From contig OZ193909.1 in NCBI GenBank assembly GCA_964276515.1, positions 5,208,001 through 5,272,000 on the forward strand: a DNA stretch of 64,000 nucleotides. Reading direction: 5' to 3'. The notes beneath the pieces are model-generated. The model saw only the letters and a program-made list of their open reading frames with translations. It searched no databases and was not told the DNA's origin. The DNA comes from Gordius albopunctatus (taxonomy: Eukaryota). Both the position numbers and the translations under genes were made by a program. Below are positions 23,625-36,150 of the stretch, piece after piece (positions within the stretch are counted from its first letter, which is position 1; each line of letters begins with the position of its first letter).

Positions 23625-26600
23625 GCTTTGCAAAAAGGTAGAGAAGCTCAGGCCGCGTTTGGAACTTTGAAGGAGCTGCTACTTGAGTTGGATTTCAATT
23701 TAGGCGATAACGTAGCTTCAAATGCATCCCACACCAATATCTCGACATACAAAAATAAGTTTAGCGATGATAAAAGATTAGAACTGGCTTATTCGGTGAT
23801 TCTATAAAACTATATATAATTTTTCTTTTAAATATGTTGCCTTTATGTTATACTTCTGGGCAGTGTTGATCATAGAATCTCTTATCTAAGGCGTGTCAAA
23901 ATAACTATAAGCTAAGTGCCATTGAATTTATAGATGCATCCAATAAAAGTTAATTAGATCGTGAATGGATTCAAATAAAGGGTTGTATATTAATCTTTGT
24001 TAAGAATTAACTTAATACAAAATTAATAACTAGCTGAAGAACGGAAAATAATGTAATAAGAAACCTTTTATTATTAAATTTTACTATAGCATAACTTTTT
24101 GGGAAATTTCGTATTATTTATGATAAAAATACCAGTTTAGTGTTATAAATGACAGCCATTTTTGCAAAATCTTGTAAATAATTTGGGCACTTATTGCAAA
24201 TAATTTTATTTATATAAAATTTTAGCGTTTTGTTTCAATTAAAGCAACCTTTAAACTCTAGCTTTTTTATTTAAGGTGGATTTCAATTTGGCCTATCAAT
24301 TGGAAAGCAATGAAATGTATGGTGAGGCGTTGAAGATCTATCAACAAATTAGCAAGGAAAAAAGTTATAACCTTCCAGGTTTTAAGATTTGATATTATAT
24401 GATTTAATATTCTCAAATTTTCAACCTGTCAAACTGCATAAAAAATTGCACCTTTTAAACTAAATAATTCTAATTTCTAAATCTGCTATATTTTGTCCTA
24501 CAAAACAAATGTTTGATAAATTTTGACTGGCCGCTTTTTAAACAAAAAGTATCAATATAAAAACATTCCAAACATACTTTTGTACAATGATAGGAAGGGA
24601 AATAATCATTTAAATCCAATATTTCTAAGGGCAGTATTGACTTTATTTGACGAAAAACATTTGTGATTATAAGGGTTTAGGCAGAAATACTAGATTAAAA
24701 CTGAAAAACTTGGTAGATAAAATAACTAGTATTGTTCATTTATGTAATGAGAAAATTAGTAAGATCAGGCTAATAGCCAGAAACATTTAAAAATTGCTTG
24801 TTACTCGTTTTTTATATTGCGCTTTCTCATCATTAAAATAACTTTTACACAACTTTTCTTCAAAAATGTTATAATTTGCTAAAATCTAAATTGTTATTTA
24901 TAGTACGCGCAAAGATCAACATTGCGGGTATTTATCATAAGCAAGGCTATAACGACAAAGCTCTCAAGTATTATAGGATGTCCTTAGATCAATTACCCGA
25001 AAGCTATACATCATTGAGGTAGACTTTTGCCCAACAATGCCTAATTTATTTCCAAATTAAAAATTACAGCAAAACTTCTTAATATTTTCGCATACAATTT
25101 ATTGATTTATTCTGAATTTCCGCTAGTAAAACTGAAATGTGAAATTATTGTATTTTGCCTATAGGGAAAAACTTATGCTGAACATAGGATTGATTTTATT
25201 GAAGATGAATCGATACAAAGAAGGCGTCATAGCATTTAAGCATTTATGTCTCGAAGGCAGTAGCCATTCAAATGCGATTCCAAATTCTTTACATTCAATA
25301 AAGGCTCTCTTCTATCTCCTAACGTGTTATTGTCGCCAATTTGAAATTATTAAACATGCCGCCACCCAAGGACAGGAAGGTTTGCGCTGTTTTAATGAAT
25401 ATTGCTTATTAGATATTTTGGAAATTTGCTGTGAAACTTAACCAATAAAGTAGCTCCTTATTCGTGATAAATCAATAGTTATATCTTGCATAACATGCTC
25501 TTTTACAGTCTTTAAGTATAAAAATTGTTTTCGCTAAATTAATATACCAAGATGATGGAGGATCATATAAAGAGGCAGTCGATAATATAAAAGACACATT
25601 TCGTAAATTAATAACGGTTCAAGACCCATTCAAGAATACTCAACTTTCCAACTACTTTCAAGTAATAGAGATTAATGATATATCATTAATTTACTATTTT
25701 ACTATAGTTAGCAATAACTGATCAATTACTTTGCAAATCTGTCTATTTCATAAACATTTTTAGGTGAAAGGGGATGATACTCAACACATTAGCCGGCGGT
25801 TTTCCCAACAAATGACCCAAAAAGGTGAAACTTTCATCGACAAAAAGTATGTTTTTACTAGCAAATGACTACGAATTAGCCAAACTCTATATCACAATTT
25901 TGAAATTTTCATAAAATCATTCTTTAAAAACATGATACAATTTTTTGATATTTCATAAGGAAGCAAGAATTGGAAAAATTGATAATTTCCGCTGTTCATA
26001 TGATTTCTCCAATTGTCGGAAATACGTTTTCGGTTGGATTTGATTGGTATTATATTTCATATTTCACTGTTTTATTAATTCTCCTATAATGTATAAAAAA
26101 AGTATCGAATTATAATGGCGAATGTCCGCGTGCCTGATAAATAGGATGAATTAGATATATTTAATATTATTATAAAATAAGGGGCAAAATTTATGAGGTC
26201 AGAGCTAGTTTATTAGGGGAATAATAATAATAAAAAGTTTATATATGTTTCTGGCTTTGTTTTGCCCTTTTATATTTAGCGATATTGCTAAAATCTGCTT
26301 TTAGTTTTCCATTACCTTGTCATTTGTGGTCAATTTACGTGCGCATTTGTCTGCGGCTCCGCAAGTTATACAATTTCACACCGACCAAAATTTACTTGAT
26401 AAAAAATATAAAGGAAAATAATAAAACACATTATAAACAAAATTATTATATTGGTAAAAGAATATTATTTAAACTAAATTATAAACAAAATTACTATACT
26501 GGTAAAAGAATATTATTTAACATTTTATTTTAAGAGTCTTTAATTCATCGGACAACAAAAATTTAGCCGTTTTTAATTAACAAATTTTGGTCTGCCATAT

Positions 26601-29600
26601 TAAAATTTTATATAACTATTTTGTATATTAGGTGTATGGAAAATCTATCTACGTCCTCGATTGAGGTGCCGGGAATCGTCCTATATAAAGCGTGGTGGTA
26701 TGCTAAACAGTATGACTTTTCTAAAGTAATTATTATCAAAAGCTTTTGTTCAAAATTAAACATAAACCTTATTATTTATATAGTGTTCTTTGTGGTCCCT
26801 TTTTATAAATCAATAAGCAAACTTTATAATACTCAAAGTTCAAGAAAGTTAAGATGACCGCATTTTCAGGATTTATTTAATTGAGTGTGTTTGTGAACAA
26901 TATATCCCGCGACATCTTAAGCGATTTAATATTTTTACGGTCTCCTCCATATTACTTAAAACAATATTAATTTATGGCTTTACGGAGAAATTTAATTATA
27001 ATAATTCGGATCTTCTATCATTTCACGGGATAACATTTAATTATATAATAAATCAATTTTGGATGTTATGAATTTAATGCAACTAATTGTCACCAGGCTA
27101 TAGAAATATACGAATCATTGGTACCAAAATTGGATAACAAAGATGATGATACTACTGTCTCTAAAGAAGTTAGAGAAGGAGCTGCCGTGAATTTGGCTTT
27201 CATATACATGATTGTAAGGAAACTAAAATAAAAATATTTTTTAATTTTTTAGATTAAAGCCTAAAAATTATAATGAAAATAAACTATGTTTATAAATAAA
27301 TCCTTAAGGTAACGATAAAATTTAAATGAATAATTGGATTAATAATATTTTTTGCCCAAATTTTAGCACAAAAATTTAGACGCAGCCGAGCAATACTTGA
27401 ATTACGCCCTATCCATCAATGCTGACAATACCCAAGGTAAAAAAAACTAAGAGCTAATAACATAAAACTTAATATTTTTGTAGCCCTGGTCAACTTGGGT
27501 ACCTGTTCTTTCCATAATAATGACTGCTCGAAAGCGGTTAAATTATATGAAAAAGCGTTGAAATTAGACGAAAACCACGTTGAAGCCAAATACAATTTGG
27601 GACTGGCACTCAAAAAGTTAAAACAACTGCCTGCGGCCTTAAATGAATTTTCTGGATTGGGAAAAATTGTTGAAATTCGAAAGGATGTGCTCCCCAATTT
27701 TTCAGCCGTGCAATTGTATCATCAGGTGGGGGACGTGTTAGAACAGCAAGGAAACCACGAAAATGCCTTGAGCTGGTACAGATGACTTGGAATTAATACT
27801 TTTGCAAATGTTAAACTATTAAAATTATGCAAATATTTATTAAGAATATGGATTAAAAGGGCGAATAAACTAGTGATGGGGAACGTTTTTAAGGAGCTAT
27901 AGCACATAGCACCCATATGCGGCTATGTCTACTAGCACATAGTCACTTTAAGTGCTACAAGCTATAGGAGATGGGAGGTTTGATGCGCTAGAGCTATAGG
28001 AGATGGGAGGTTTGAGGCGCTAAAGCTATAGCCGATAGCACTTAAATGCGCTACTCCTATAGCACGGCGCTAACATTGAGAATAATTTTTTAATTGTTTA
28101 TTAGATATTAAAATACAATAACATGAGTGAGTACGCACAAGTTTATATTATACTCTATTGTTTTTATTGAAATTATTATTATCAATGTTAGCGCCGTGCT
28201 ATAGGAGTAGCGCATTGAAGCGCTATCGGCTATAGCTTATAGCATCTCAAACCTCCCATCTCCCATAGCTTTAGCGCCTCAAACCTCCCATCTCCTATAG
28301 CTTATAGCACTTAAAGTGACTATGTGCTAGTAGACATAGCGTATTTAATAGACTATTCCCATCAACGGGGAGGTGCTAAGCGCGCTAGTGCTAAGCGTTT
28401 CCCCATCACTAAACTCTAGCGCATTTAAGTGCTATCGGCTATAGCTTTAGCGCCTCAAACTTCCCATCTCCTATAGCTTATAGCATCTCAAACCTCCCAT
28501 CTCCCATAGCTTTAGCGCCTCAAACCTCCCATCTCCTATAGCTTATAGCACTTAAAGTGACTATGTGCTAGTAGACATAGCGTATTTAATAGGCTATTCC
28601 CATCAACGGAGAGGTGCTAAGCGCCCTAATGCTAAGCGTTTTCCCATCACTAGAATAAACTTCAAAAGATTGATTTAGAGGAGGCAATGGTCTCTCTTTG
28701 CCTCCCCGTGGCTACGGCCATTATTATTTTATAAGTTATAGTTAATTTTTAAGTATTAATTGAATAAATCTACTATTATTTGCCGTCTAGTATTTAGCCA
28801 ACCTACTTAGTGGTGTAGCAATGAATAAGTTTGTGTGAAGCCAAAGTGTAATTCCCAAATCGAATCTCTATGTATTTTGATATGAAGTAACTGTTATTTT
28901 TTGGAATTTTTAAATCTCGTTTATTAGATTATTTTATGTTAAATGATCAGTTATTGAAGACAAAATTATATAACCTTATGTCTGCAAAAATATTTTTTTA
29001 GAGAAATTTTTAATCATGCCTAAAGGACCCATTTAAATTTTTGATATTTTTGGACGATATTTTATGATAAAATAAAGGATTTTTGGGAGAAATGCACTTA
29101 TTTTAGTGCCTTTAATTGCGATTAACCTTTAATAAAAAAACCTTTGTTTACTGAATTAATTAAAATAAAAAATAATTATCGAAAGGTATTTGAGGGAGCT
29201 GGCCTTGAACCCGCTAGATCCCGAGGTTTTAATGAAATTGGCTCATGTCTACGATGAAATGGACGAGAAAGTGCAGGCCTACCATTATTTTTTGGACTCT
29301 TTTAGGTGCTTGCCAAGTTCTTTGGATTCCTTAGAATGGATCAGTGCCTATTACATGCGTTTGGATTTGCCCGAAAAAGCTTTGCCTTTCTTAAAATTGG
29401 CATCGACTTTAGAGTAACTTGGGAAAATTTTATAATTTGTGTTTATTAATTTATTTATTTTTAAAATGATTTTTTTATTATTTAGGCGCTATTCGTACAT
29501 TTGTTAAGTCTAATTTTTAAAAATCTGAACGACCCGAAAAAAAACTAAAAATATGTTATTGTTAAACGTAAAATTTTCTCCCAGAATTATTTGTCAGTTC

Positions 29601-30531
29601 ACATGGTGAGTTCCAAAACTGAATATTTATACAGACCTGTGATATTTAACAATTTGAGCTTCCAATAAAGTAGTTACCTAACCTTGCCTCTCCCTGCTTA
29701 CTTTTATGAAAGCAATTTTAAAACATATCAATACAAAAATTAATATGAACGTCGATTTTGTTAAAAATCATTTTAAATATAGATCGGAGGAAATTAAATG
29801 GGCACTTGCTACGGCAGGTTGCTTGAAAAAGATGGGAGAATCGGATGCTGCCTTGAAACTATACGAATCCGCCCACCGAAATCACCCTCGCAATATTGAA
29901 TGTAAAGTTTTAGAAAAAAAAATTTTCAGACTTTTTGAAATAGTCACAATTTTTACATGGACAAAAGAAATTTATTTTTGATTTTATAATGTACTATTTT
30001 AGGTTTGACACTTTTGGCACGATTAAGTCAAGAGCTAAAGGTTAGTAATTATTATATGTACGAGACGGAATTGAAAGCGCTTGAAAATGCAAATTTACAA
30101 AAGGTTAGGTTGACATTTTCTAGTGTTTTCCCTTTTTCAGAAAGCATATTTCAACTATGTCTTCACTTCGTTAACTATGCTGTATGCATTCAGAAAAATT
30201 ATAAATTACTATAAACTAATTACTAATTGCAACAATTTCGTAATTTTTCAATCTAAATGTGTTATTTTTGTTATTTTTAGGGAAGACAAACTCCAAAACC
30301 TACTTCCCACACCTTGAACATGAGTAACGAATTTAATTTTATCGCCTATAATATAATTTGCTTTAACCTATAGTAAATTCTGAAGTAAAAGGTGAAGATA
30401 AAAAGTCAGATTCAGATGATGAAATTGTCATTGACCAAGCTAATACCGATAATTTTTGGAATATTAAAAGAGAAAATGAAACAGAGGACGACCCTGATGA
30501 AGATGAATCTATGTACAATTTATTACCCTAA
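23625..30531 (+). CDS. IFT88: Intraflagellar transport protein 88 (IFT88/Polaris/OSM-5), 5'-incomplete; exons 23625-23795, 24276-24378, 24904-25018, 25165-25379, 25552-25661, 25764-25846, 25960-26046, 26632-26725, 27097-27213, 27367-27436, 27484-27775, 29186-29413, 29783-29901, 30003-30103, 30281-30323, 30374-30531
   Basis: All 15 junctions are GT-AG and phase-consistent (2106 nt, no internal stop). Colinear with recalled IFT88 blocks: LELAYSVDFNLAYQLESNEMYGEAL, KALKYYRMSLDQLP, FRKLITV, ISPIVGNTFSVGFDWC, EAKYNLGL, PLDPEVLMKL..YDEMDEKVQAYHYFLDSFRCLP, LEWISAYY, IKWAL..HRNHPRNIECL, and an acidic C-terminus ending NLLP*. Confidence 0.93.
27871..28652. mobile_element. hAT-type MITE (TAGTGATGGG TIR) in an IFT88 intron, right arm duplicated
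   Basis: TIR TAGTGATGGG...CCCATCACTA, perfect TSD GAATAAAC, long internal inverted arms built from GCTATAG/TAGCGC motifs, and an extra internal TIR at 28402-28411. Confidence 0.92.
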
Positions 30532-31029
30532 AAAATCAAGAGGTTTTTGCGACTACACCTCGAATATTTACATTAAAAATTATTTATAAATTGATATTTT
30601 ATGCTATTATTTATACAGTTTATATATGTATTATAATATGTAATTTTGTCAATATTATATGTCAAAAATGACCATAATTTAGATTAAATTTAAATTAACC
30701 ATTACGAGATTTTAGTTTTGAATTAAAATCAAGGTTTTTGTTAACGGTTGCTTAAAATAAGAAACTATTGTATAATTATGCTAAAAGTATATTTAGCTAT
30801 TAAAATTGCTAAACGAAAAGTCAAAATGTTCCAATATGTCTATGAAGGTGCGAAAAGTAAAAAGTTTGCTGAATGTGATTTAATTGCAAGAATCGAAATA
30901 TTTTAAAATATGGCAAAATACGACAATTTTTGAATTAATTTAAATGATATAATTTATGATTGAACATAAATAAAAGATTTTGGTTGATAAAGTTCATTTT
31001 ATAAAATAAGTTATTCCGTTTTAAGAACA

Positions 31030-31276
31030 TGCTAGTCACTCTAAGTGCCACATGTGCGCATAATAATGCAATTTTACCTATAAATTTTATAACAATATTA
31101 GCGCCATGCTATAACTCTAGCGCCTTATGTAACAATGTGCTATAGCTTTAGCGTCTCCGTGAGACTATGTGGTATAGCTCTAGCGCCTTATGTGACTATG
31201 TGCTATAACTGTAGCGCCTCCACGCGACTATGTGCTATAGCTTTAGCGCCTATCAAACGCTATTTCACCATCACTA
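31030..31276. mobile_element. Truncated relative of the TAGTGATGGG MITE
   Basis: TGCTATAGCT(C/T)TAGCGCC repeats ending AAACGCTATTTCACCATCACTA. Confidence 0.7.
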
Positions 31277-31347
31277 AGGGAAATACGCGTGTATGGATTA
31301 ATGCGCGTATCATACAGCGAGGAGGGAGAGAGATGAGGTATCAGTAG

Positions 31348-32573
31348 TAGAGGTCTGCATGGGCCCAAATTTTAGGTTCAGGCCCGGCCCATACCCTCAC
31401 AAATATTATTTTTTTGGCCCGAACCCGGCCCGCAAAAAAATCTCAAAAATTGCGCCGCATCAGACCCGTACGAGTAAAAACAAGTCTACGTTGTTTTAAA
31501 ATTATTTCTTTGTATAAAAACTATTTTGTATTGTTCAAAAAATAATTTAGCTATAGCATATAAAATCGGGTTTAATTAAAAATTACAATTTAATATTTTC
31601 ATTTAAAAATAATAGACTATCTATTCTATCAGGCAATAATTTCGTTCTTCTCTCTACTATAAGGCGACTTGCCTTACTCAATGTGCGTTCACTCGTAGCA
31701 TTGTTGGCTGGAATTAACGAAAACTGACTAGCTAATATTCTTAAGTTTGGTAGCATAAGTTGGTGTTCTTTCCACCATAAAATTACATCTAGCTTAGCAT
31801 CTTCAGGTTTTTTTCCCGTTTCATCATCGTCCCAAATAGAAAATATAAATTGCTTAGTGTTGCAAACCTGAGCTGGGTCACTTTTAGTTAAACGACTTAT
31901 GCAAGAAGATCTATTCAAGAGCCACGATCTTCTTAAATTGTCTAATTCTGTTACCGTAGTTTTTTTAGAAGCTTTTTTCATATTAGGGTAGCTAACTAGC
32001 GAAACTAAGAAACAAGAAAGGTTAATATTTTACGATAAATATCGATATTTGACTTTGAAATTAGCATAGTTTGGGCTCTTGACTTCAATTTGTAGATCTT
32101 TAATTCAATAGGATCACCATTATACGTAAGAGATGGAAACAAATTTGCGATTTATGATGTATAAAAGGGTAATATTTTATAGAGTGTTGGTGCATTATGC
32201 GCTTATAACTAGATACTAGCCTTTTAATAAGGTGAAAGCATATTAATTAATAGCATGATATGTTTTATGGAAATGTCTTCAAGTTTTCCAATAAATCTTT
32301 GCCAGATAAAAAACTGATTATTTTATCATTTTTAACATAATGATTTCGACCAGATTGTTGTTCGGAAAATTAAATTTTTTTTATTGTTAAGCTAATAAGT
32401 GATTTTTTTGTTTCTATATTAGAATTATAGTATAAAGTTAAATAAATTAAAAAAAAATTACTTTTTAAAGCCCAAGCCCGGCCCGCACTTTTTTTATTGA
32501 TCTACTTTAGGCCCGGACCGGCCCGCGGGACGGGCTTAGGCCTGCGGGCTGGCCAGTCCCATGCAGACCTCTA
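31348..32573 (-). mobile_element. Internally deleted hAT transposon
   Basis: TIR TAGAGGTCTGCATGGG...CCCATGCAGACCTCTA, perfect 8-bp TSD ATCAGTAG, subterminal GGCCC repeats. Confidence 0.95.
31583..31981 (-). pseudogene. hAT transposase C-terminal dimerisation domain fragment
   Basis: DVILWWKEHQLMLPNLRILASQFSLIPANNATSERTLSKASRLIVERRTKLLPDRIDSLLFL is the hAT dimerisation signature (WW..P.L..A....IPA.S..SER.FS). Confidence 0.9.
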
Positions 32574-32992
32574 ATCAGTAGTATGCAACTACAACACATA
32601 GTTAAAAAATACAAATCAATTAAAAAACAAAATAGAAACCTACTCGAAATTAGATTTAATATTCTCCACTAACGATTATAAAAATAAAATTAATCAATGT
32701 ATTTATACTGGCGCATTGGTCTAATATATTTGGAATAATTTAAAGGACAAATTCTTTATTCATAATCTCCTAACTCTATTAAACTCAAAATTTTGAATTA
32801 TGTTAACACATTGCATGGACCTGTTTTTTAACAATATTTTTTTGGTGTCAGCTAAAAATCATTTTAGCCTGAAATGACTCTGCTAATTGCTCTTGGCCTT
32901 ATTAATAAGTTGTGATGTTAGAAATTATTTAGTAACACCTTTAAAATTGTTATAATGAAAGTAAAAATTATACCCGTAAAAGTAGTTATTTT

Positions 32993-33510
32993 TAGTGATG
33001 GAGAAATAGCGTTTTTAAGGAGCTAAAGATATAGCACATAGCAACCATATGCCGCTATGTCTACTAGCACATAGTCATTTTAAGTGCTATAAGCTATAGG
33101 AGATGGGAGGATGAGCTAGAGCTATAGCACGGCGCTAACATTGAGAATAATTTTTTTTAATTGTTTATTAGATATTAAAATACAATAACATGGGTGAGTA
33201 CGCATAAGTTCATGTTATACTCTATTGTTTTCATTGAAATTATTATTATCAATGTTAGCGCCGTGCTATAGCTCTAGCGCATTTAAGTGCTATCGGCTAT
33301 AGCTTTAGCGCTTCAAACCTCCCATCTCCTATAGCTCATAGCACCTCAAACCTCGCATCTCCCATAGCTTTAGCGCCTCAAACCTCCAATCTCCTATTGC
33401 TTATAGCACTTAAAGTGACTATGTGCTAGTAGACATAGCGTATTTAATAGGCTATTCCCAGCAGCGGGAAGGTGCTAAGCGCGCTAGTGCTAAGCGTTTT
33501 CCCATCACTA
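32993..33510. mobile_element. hAT-type MITE (TAGTGATGG TIR)
   Basis: Same family as 27871 and 55593. Flanks GTTATTTT / GTTATTTG (7 of 8 TSD match). Confidence 0.9.
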
Positions 33511-36150
33511 GTTATTTGAACCATTAACCTTTGTCGAACACAAAGACCACCTGTTTCACATAAATGACCCGAAGTGCAATTACTGCAATAGCACTTAAGT
33601 CTGCCTGAACCGTGAAATTTAGAGGTTAAAATTATTTTACCTATCAAACGGATGCTATGGCGACATTGTTACCATTAGTAATTCATATTTCAATGCAATA
33701 TTTAAAATCTATAAATTTCGTATTCTTATTGTGTTAAAACTTCCTTTGAAACTTATGCCTGTGTATGTTTGATTCGAATTAATAATTATTTTATCAATAT
33801 TAAAAAAGAAGAAACTTAAATAGTTGAATAATATCTAACAGAAAATTAATAACTATTATTTTTTATTAGTGTTTAATATTTGTTGGAAAATGACACGAAA
33901 AACTTTATATCGGAAACGCTTTGTGAATTTATATTAAGCCATAATAGCAATTCTATATCATTAATCAAATATTATATTATTATATATATCAGAATTAAAG
34001 TGGGATATTTACAATTAAATATATTAAACAGGGTAATGTCAAGAAGATGGATTTCATTCTTATGATTATTTTCATAAGATTATATTTTATATATAAATAT
34101 TGAGCTATAGGACTACTTAACTGAAATCCGACAAATTTGGTTAAAAGGTGTTATATGCGTTATAACATACATAATTATTTGAAAATAAACTTCTATCGAT
34201 AAAAAAAATCTGACATATTGTTTAAATTTAATACTTACTAATTTTATACAAATATATGATTAAATGAATATATTTAATATTAGTAAATCTTTTACCTAAA
34301 CTTCTCTCTTCGTCGACATCGATCACTTAATAAATTATAATAAAATAAATGATAAAAAAGGTGCTTTTATCAGAATATTAGACATTTGAATGTTAAGTAT
34401 AATATACGAATGTTTATCGCCTTTAAAACTCCGAAGTTAGTGTTACACCATTGATCGTTGTAACAGCATTTTATATGTGGGTATATCATAGGATCATCTT
34501 TTGTAGTATGTAAGCAAGTAGCATTATTATTATCGTCTTCGAGACAGTTACAAAATTAAATTAAAATTTAAAAAAAAAATTGAAAAATATAGATCCTAAA
34601 AAGATTGATCTACAAAATTGTCAAAGCGATAAAATTTATTGCAGTCAAGGGAGACTTTTTAATATAGTTAATGTATTGAACTAGCATATTTCTATGACTA
34701 TTTTATGGCGAAAGGAAAAGCTATCTCTTTATCCTGTGAAACCTTTTTATTTTAATGTAATTGAATTGCCAATATTGTTCTAATTCGATTTTGAGGTTTA
34801 TAGCAACCACAAAAGTATTAAAACTTATCAAACTTTAATAATATTAAATCTGTTGTAATCATTTACTTGATTAACATATATTATTAATATGCTAAAATAC
34901 TCGTATAGGTTCAAAAAATAAATTCAATTATTGATTTGTATTACCTTAGATATTTCATAGCGTTTACTAGTTTAAGTTTGTTTTTCCTTTATTAATTAAA
35001 TAAAGCAAAGAAAATTTGTTACATATAAATTTTGAATTTTTATTTAAAATATTTTTGACACACTAATTTTCAGATTTGTCCAAAAAACAATTAGATAGTT
35101 TATTTTGCTTATAAAGTAATAGTCATTAAATCATAATATTAACCCGTAAGTTGTGTAATTGGGAGACAAGTCTCTTTGAAAGCAACGCCCCTACCTAGTT
35201 TTGCAATATGTTATGTTTTCTGGACATGTTGTACAATAACACCACAAAATCGTCTGTCCCACTACATTGAAATATATTTTTAATATAATTTTTGTAAATA
35301 GGCAAAAAGCTGATAAAAAAGTGAAAAACTCTTAAACCCTCTTTATTTTATAATTATTTAAATTAGTATAAAAGGTTTTTAACATGCTAACTCCAACCAT
35401 TATATTGACCCTATTGATAAAAAGTTTTAATTATATTAACGTTGAGGCGATTCGTTATAAAATTAAACTAGCATAATAAAAGAATCAATTATATTTAAAT
35501 AAATTTGGAATAACTTATAATTAATGAGTACTATTAGAGAAGGGGGCCGTAAAAAGTTTAACCTTATTAAACATATAGCATGTATCCAGAATTATTTGAA
35601 AATAAACATTTATTAATGTTATAATGAATAAATGATCTTAATTTTTTCACCATATAAATATAATAAATGTTTGTCTCTTACATAAGCCATAAAATTAAGT
35701 TTTAAATATTAGTAACACAAAGTCACATTGTCAATATTTTATAGATTTTAAAGCACCCGTGGTAAAAAAAATTTTGCAAGCAATTAAAAAAATAAAACAC
35801 ATACCGGTAACATCGATTTTCTGGCTAAGTATGATTACAACAGGAACTAAACGAAACGCTAAATATCTTAACATTAGTATTAAAAGAGAAATTTAATAAA
35901 GTATAAATAATACAAGATAATTGCTGTTGACTCAATATTTTTATAATATTTAATTACTTAGTTTAGTACAAACTTACATAAATTTAATCACTTATAATTA
36001 AGTGCATATTATAATTAAAATCTCATTTAACATATCGCAATTCCTTGGCAAAATTAAAATTTTTGTTAATTCGCAAAACCGACAGTCTATGATAGGAGAA
36101 AGCGATATGTTATAGAAGAGTGCGCCTAGAAACTACAAATTAAAATATTT

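Larger units (their letters stand above)
31277..32600 (-). mobile_element. LTR fragment (7026/11389 family) interrupted by a hAT element
   Basis: TACGCGT..GAGAGAGATGAGG and terminal AACTACAACAC match 11280-11390; split at 31347/32574. Confidence 0.55.

Noticed and set aside
27776..27785. Premature stop in IFT88 (..SWYR*)
   Set aside because: A phase-2 donor TG|GTACAG at 27776 joins AG|G at 29186 to give W-Y-L-R, so the stop is intronic.
27416..27916. Antisense ORFs over IFT88 (similarly 42737-42943 and 52837-53106 over the GPCR)
   Set aside because: These are shadow or alternative frames of real exons with no independent motifs.
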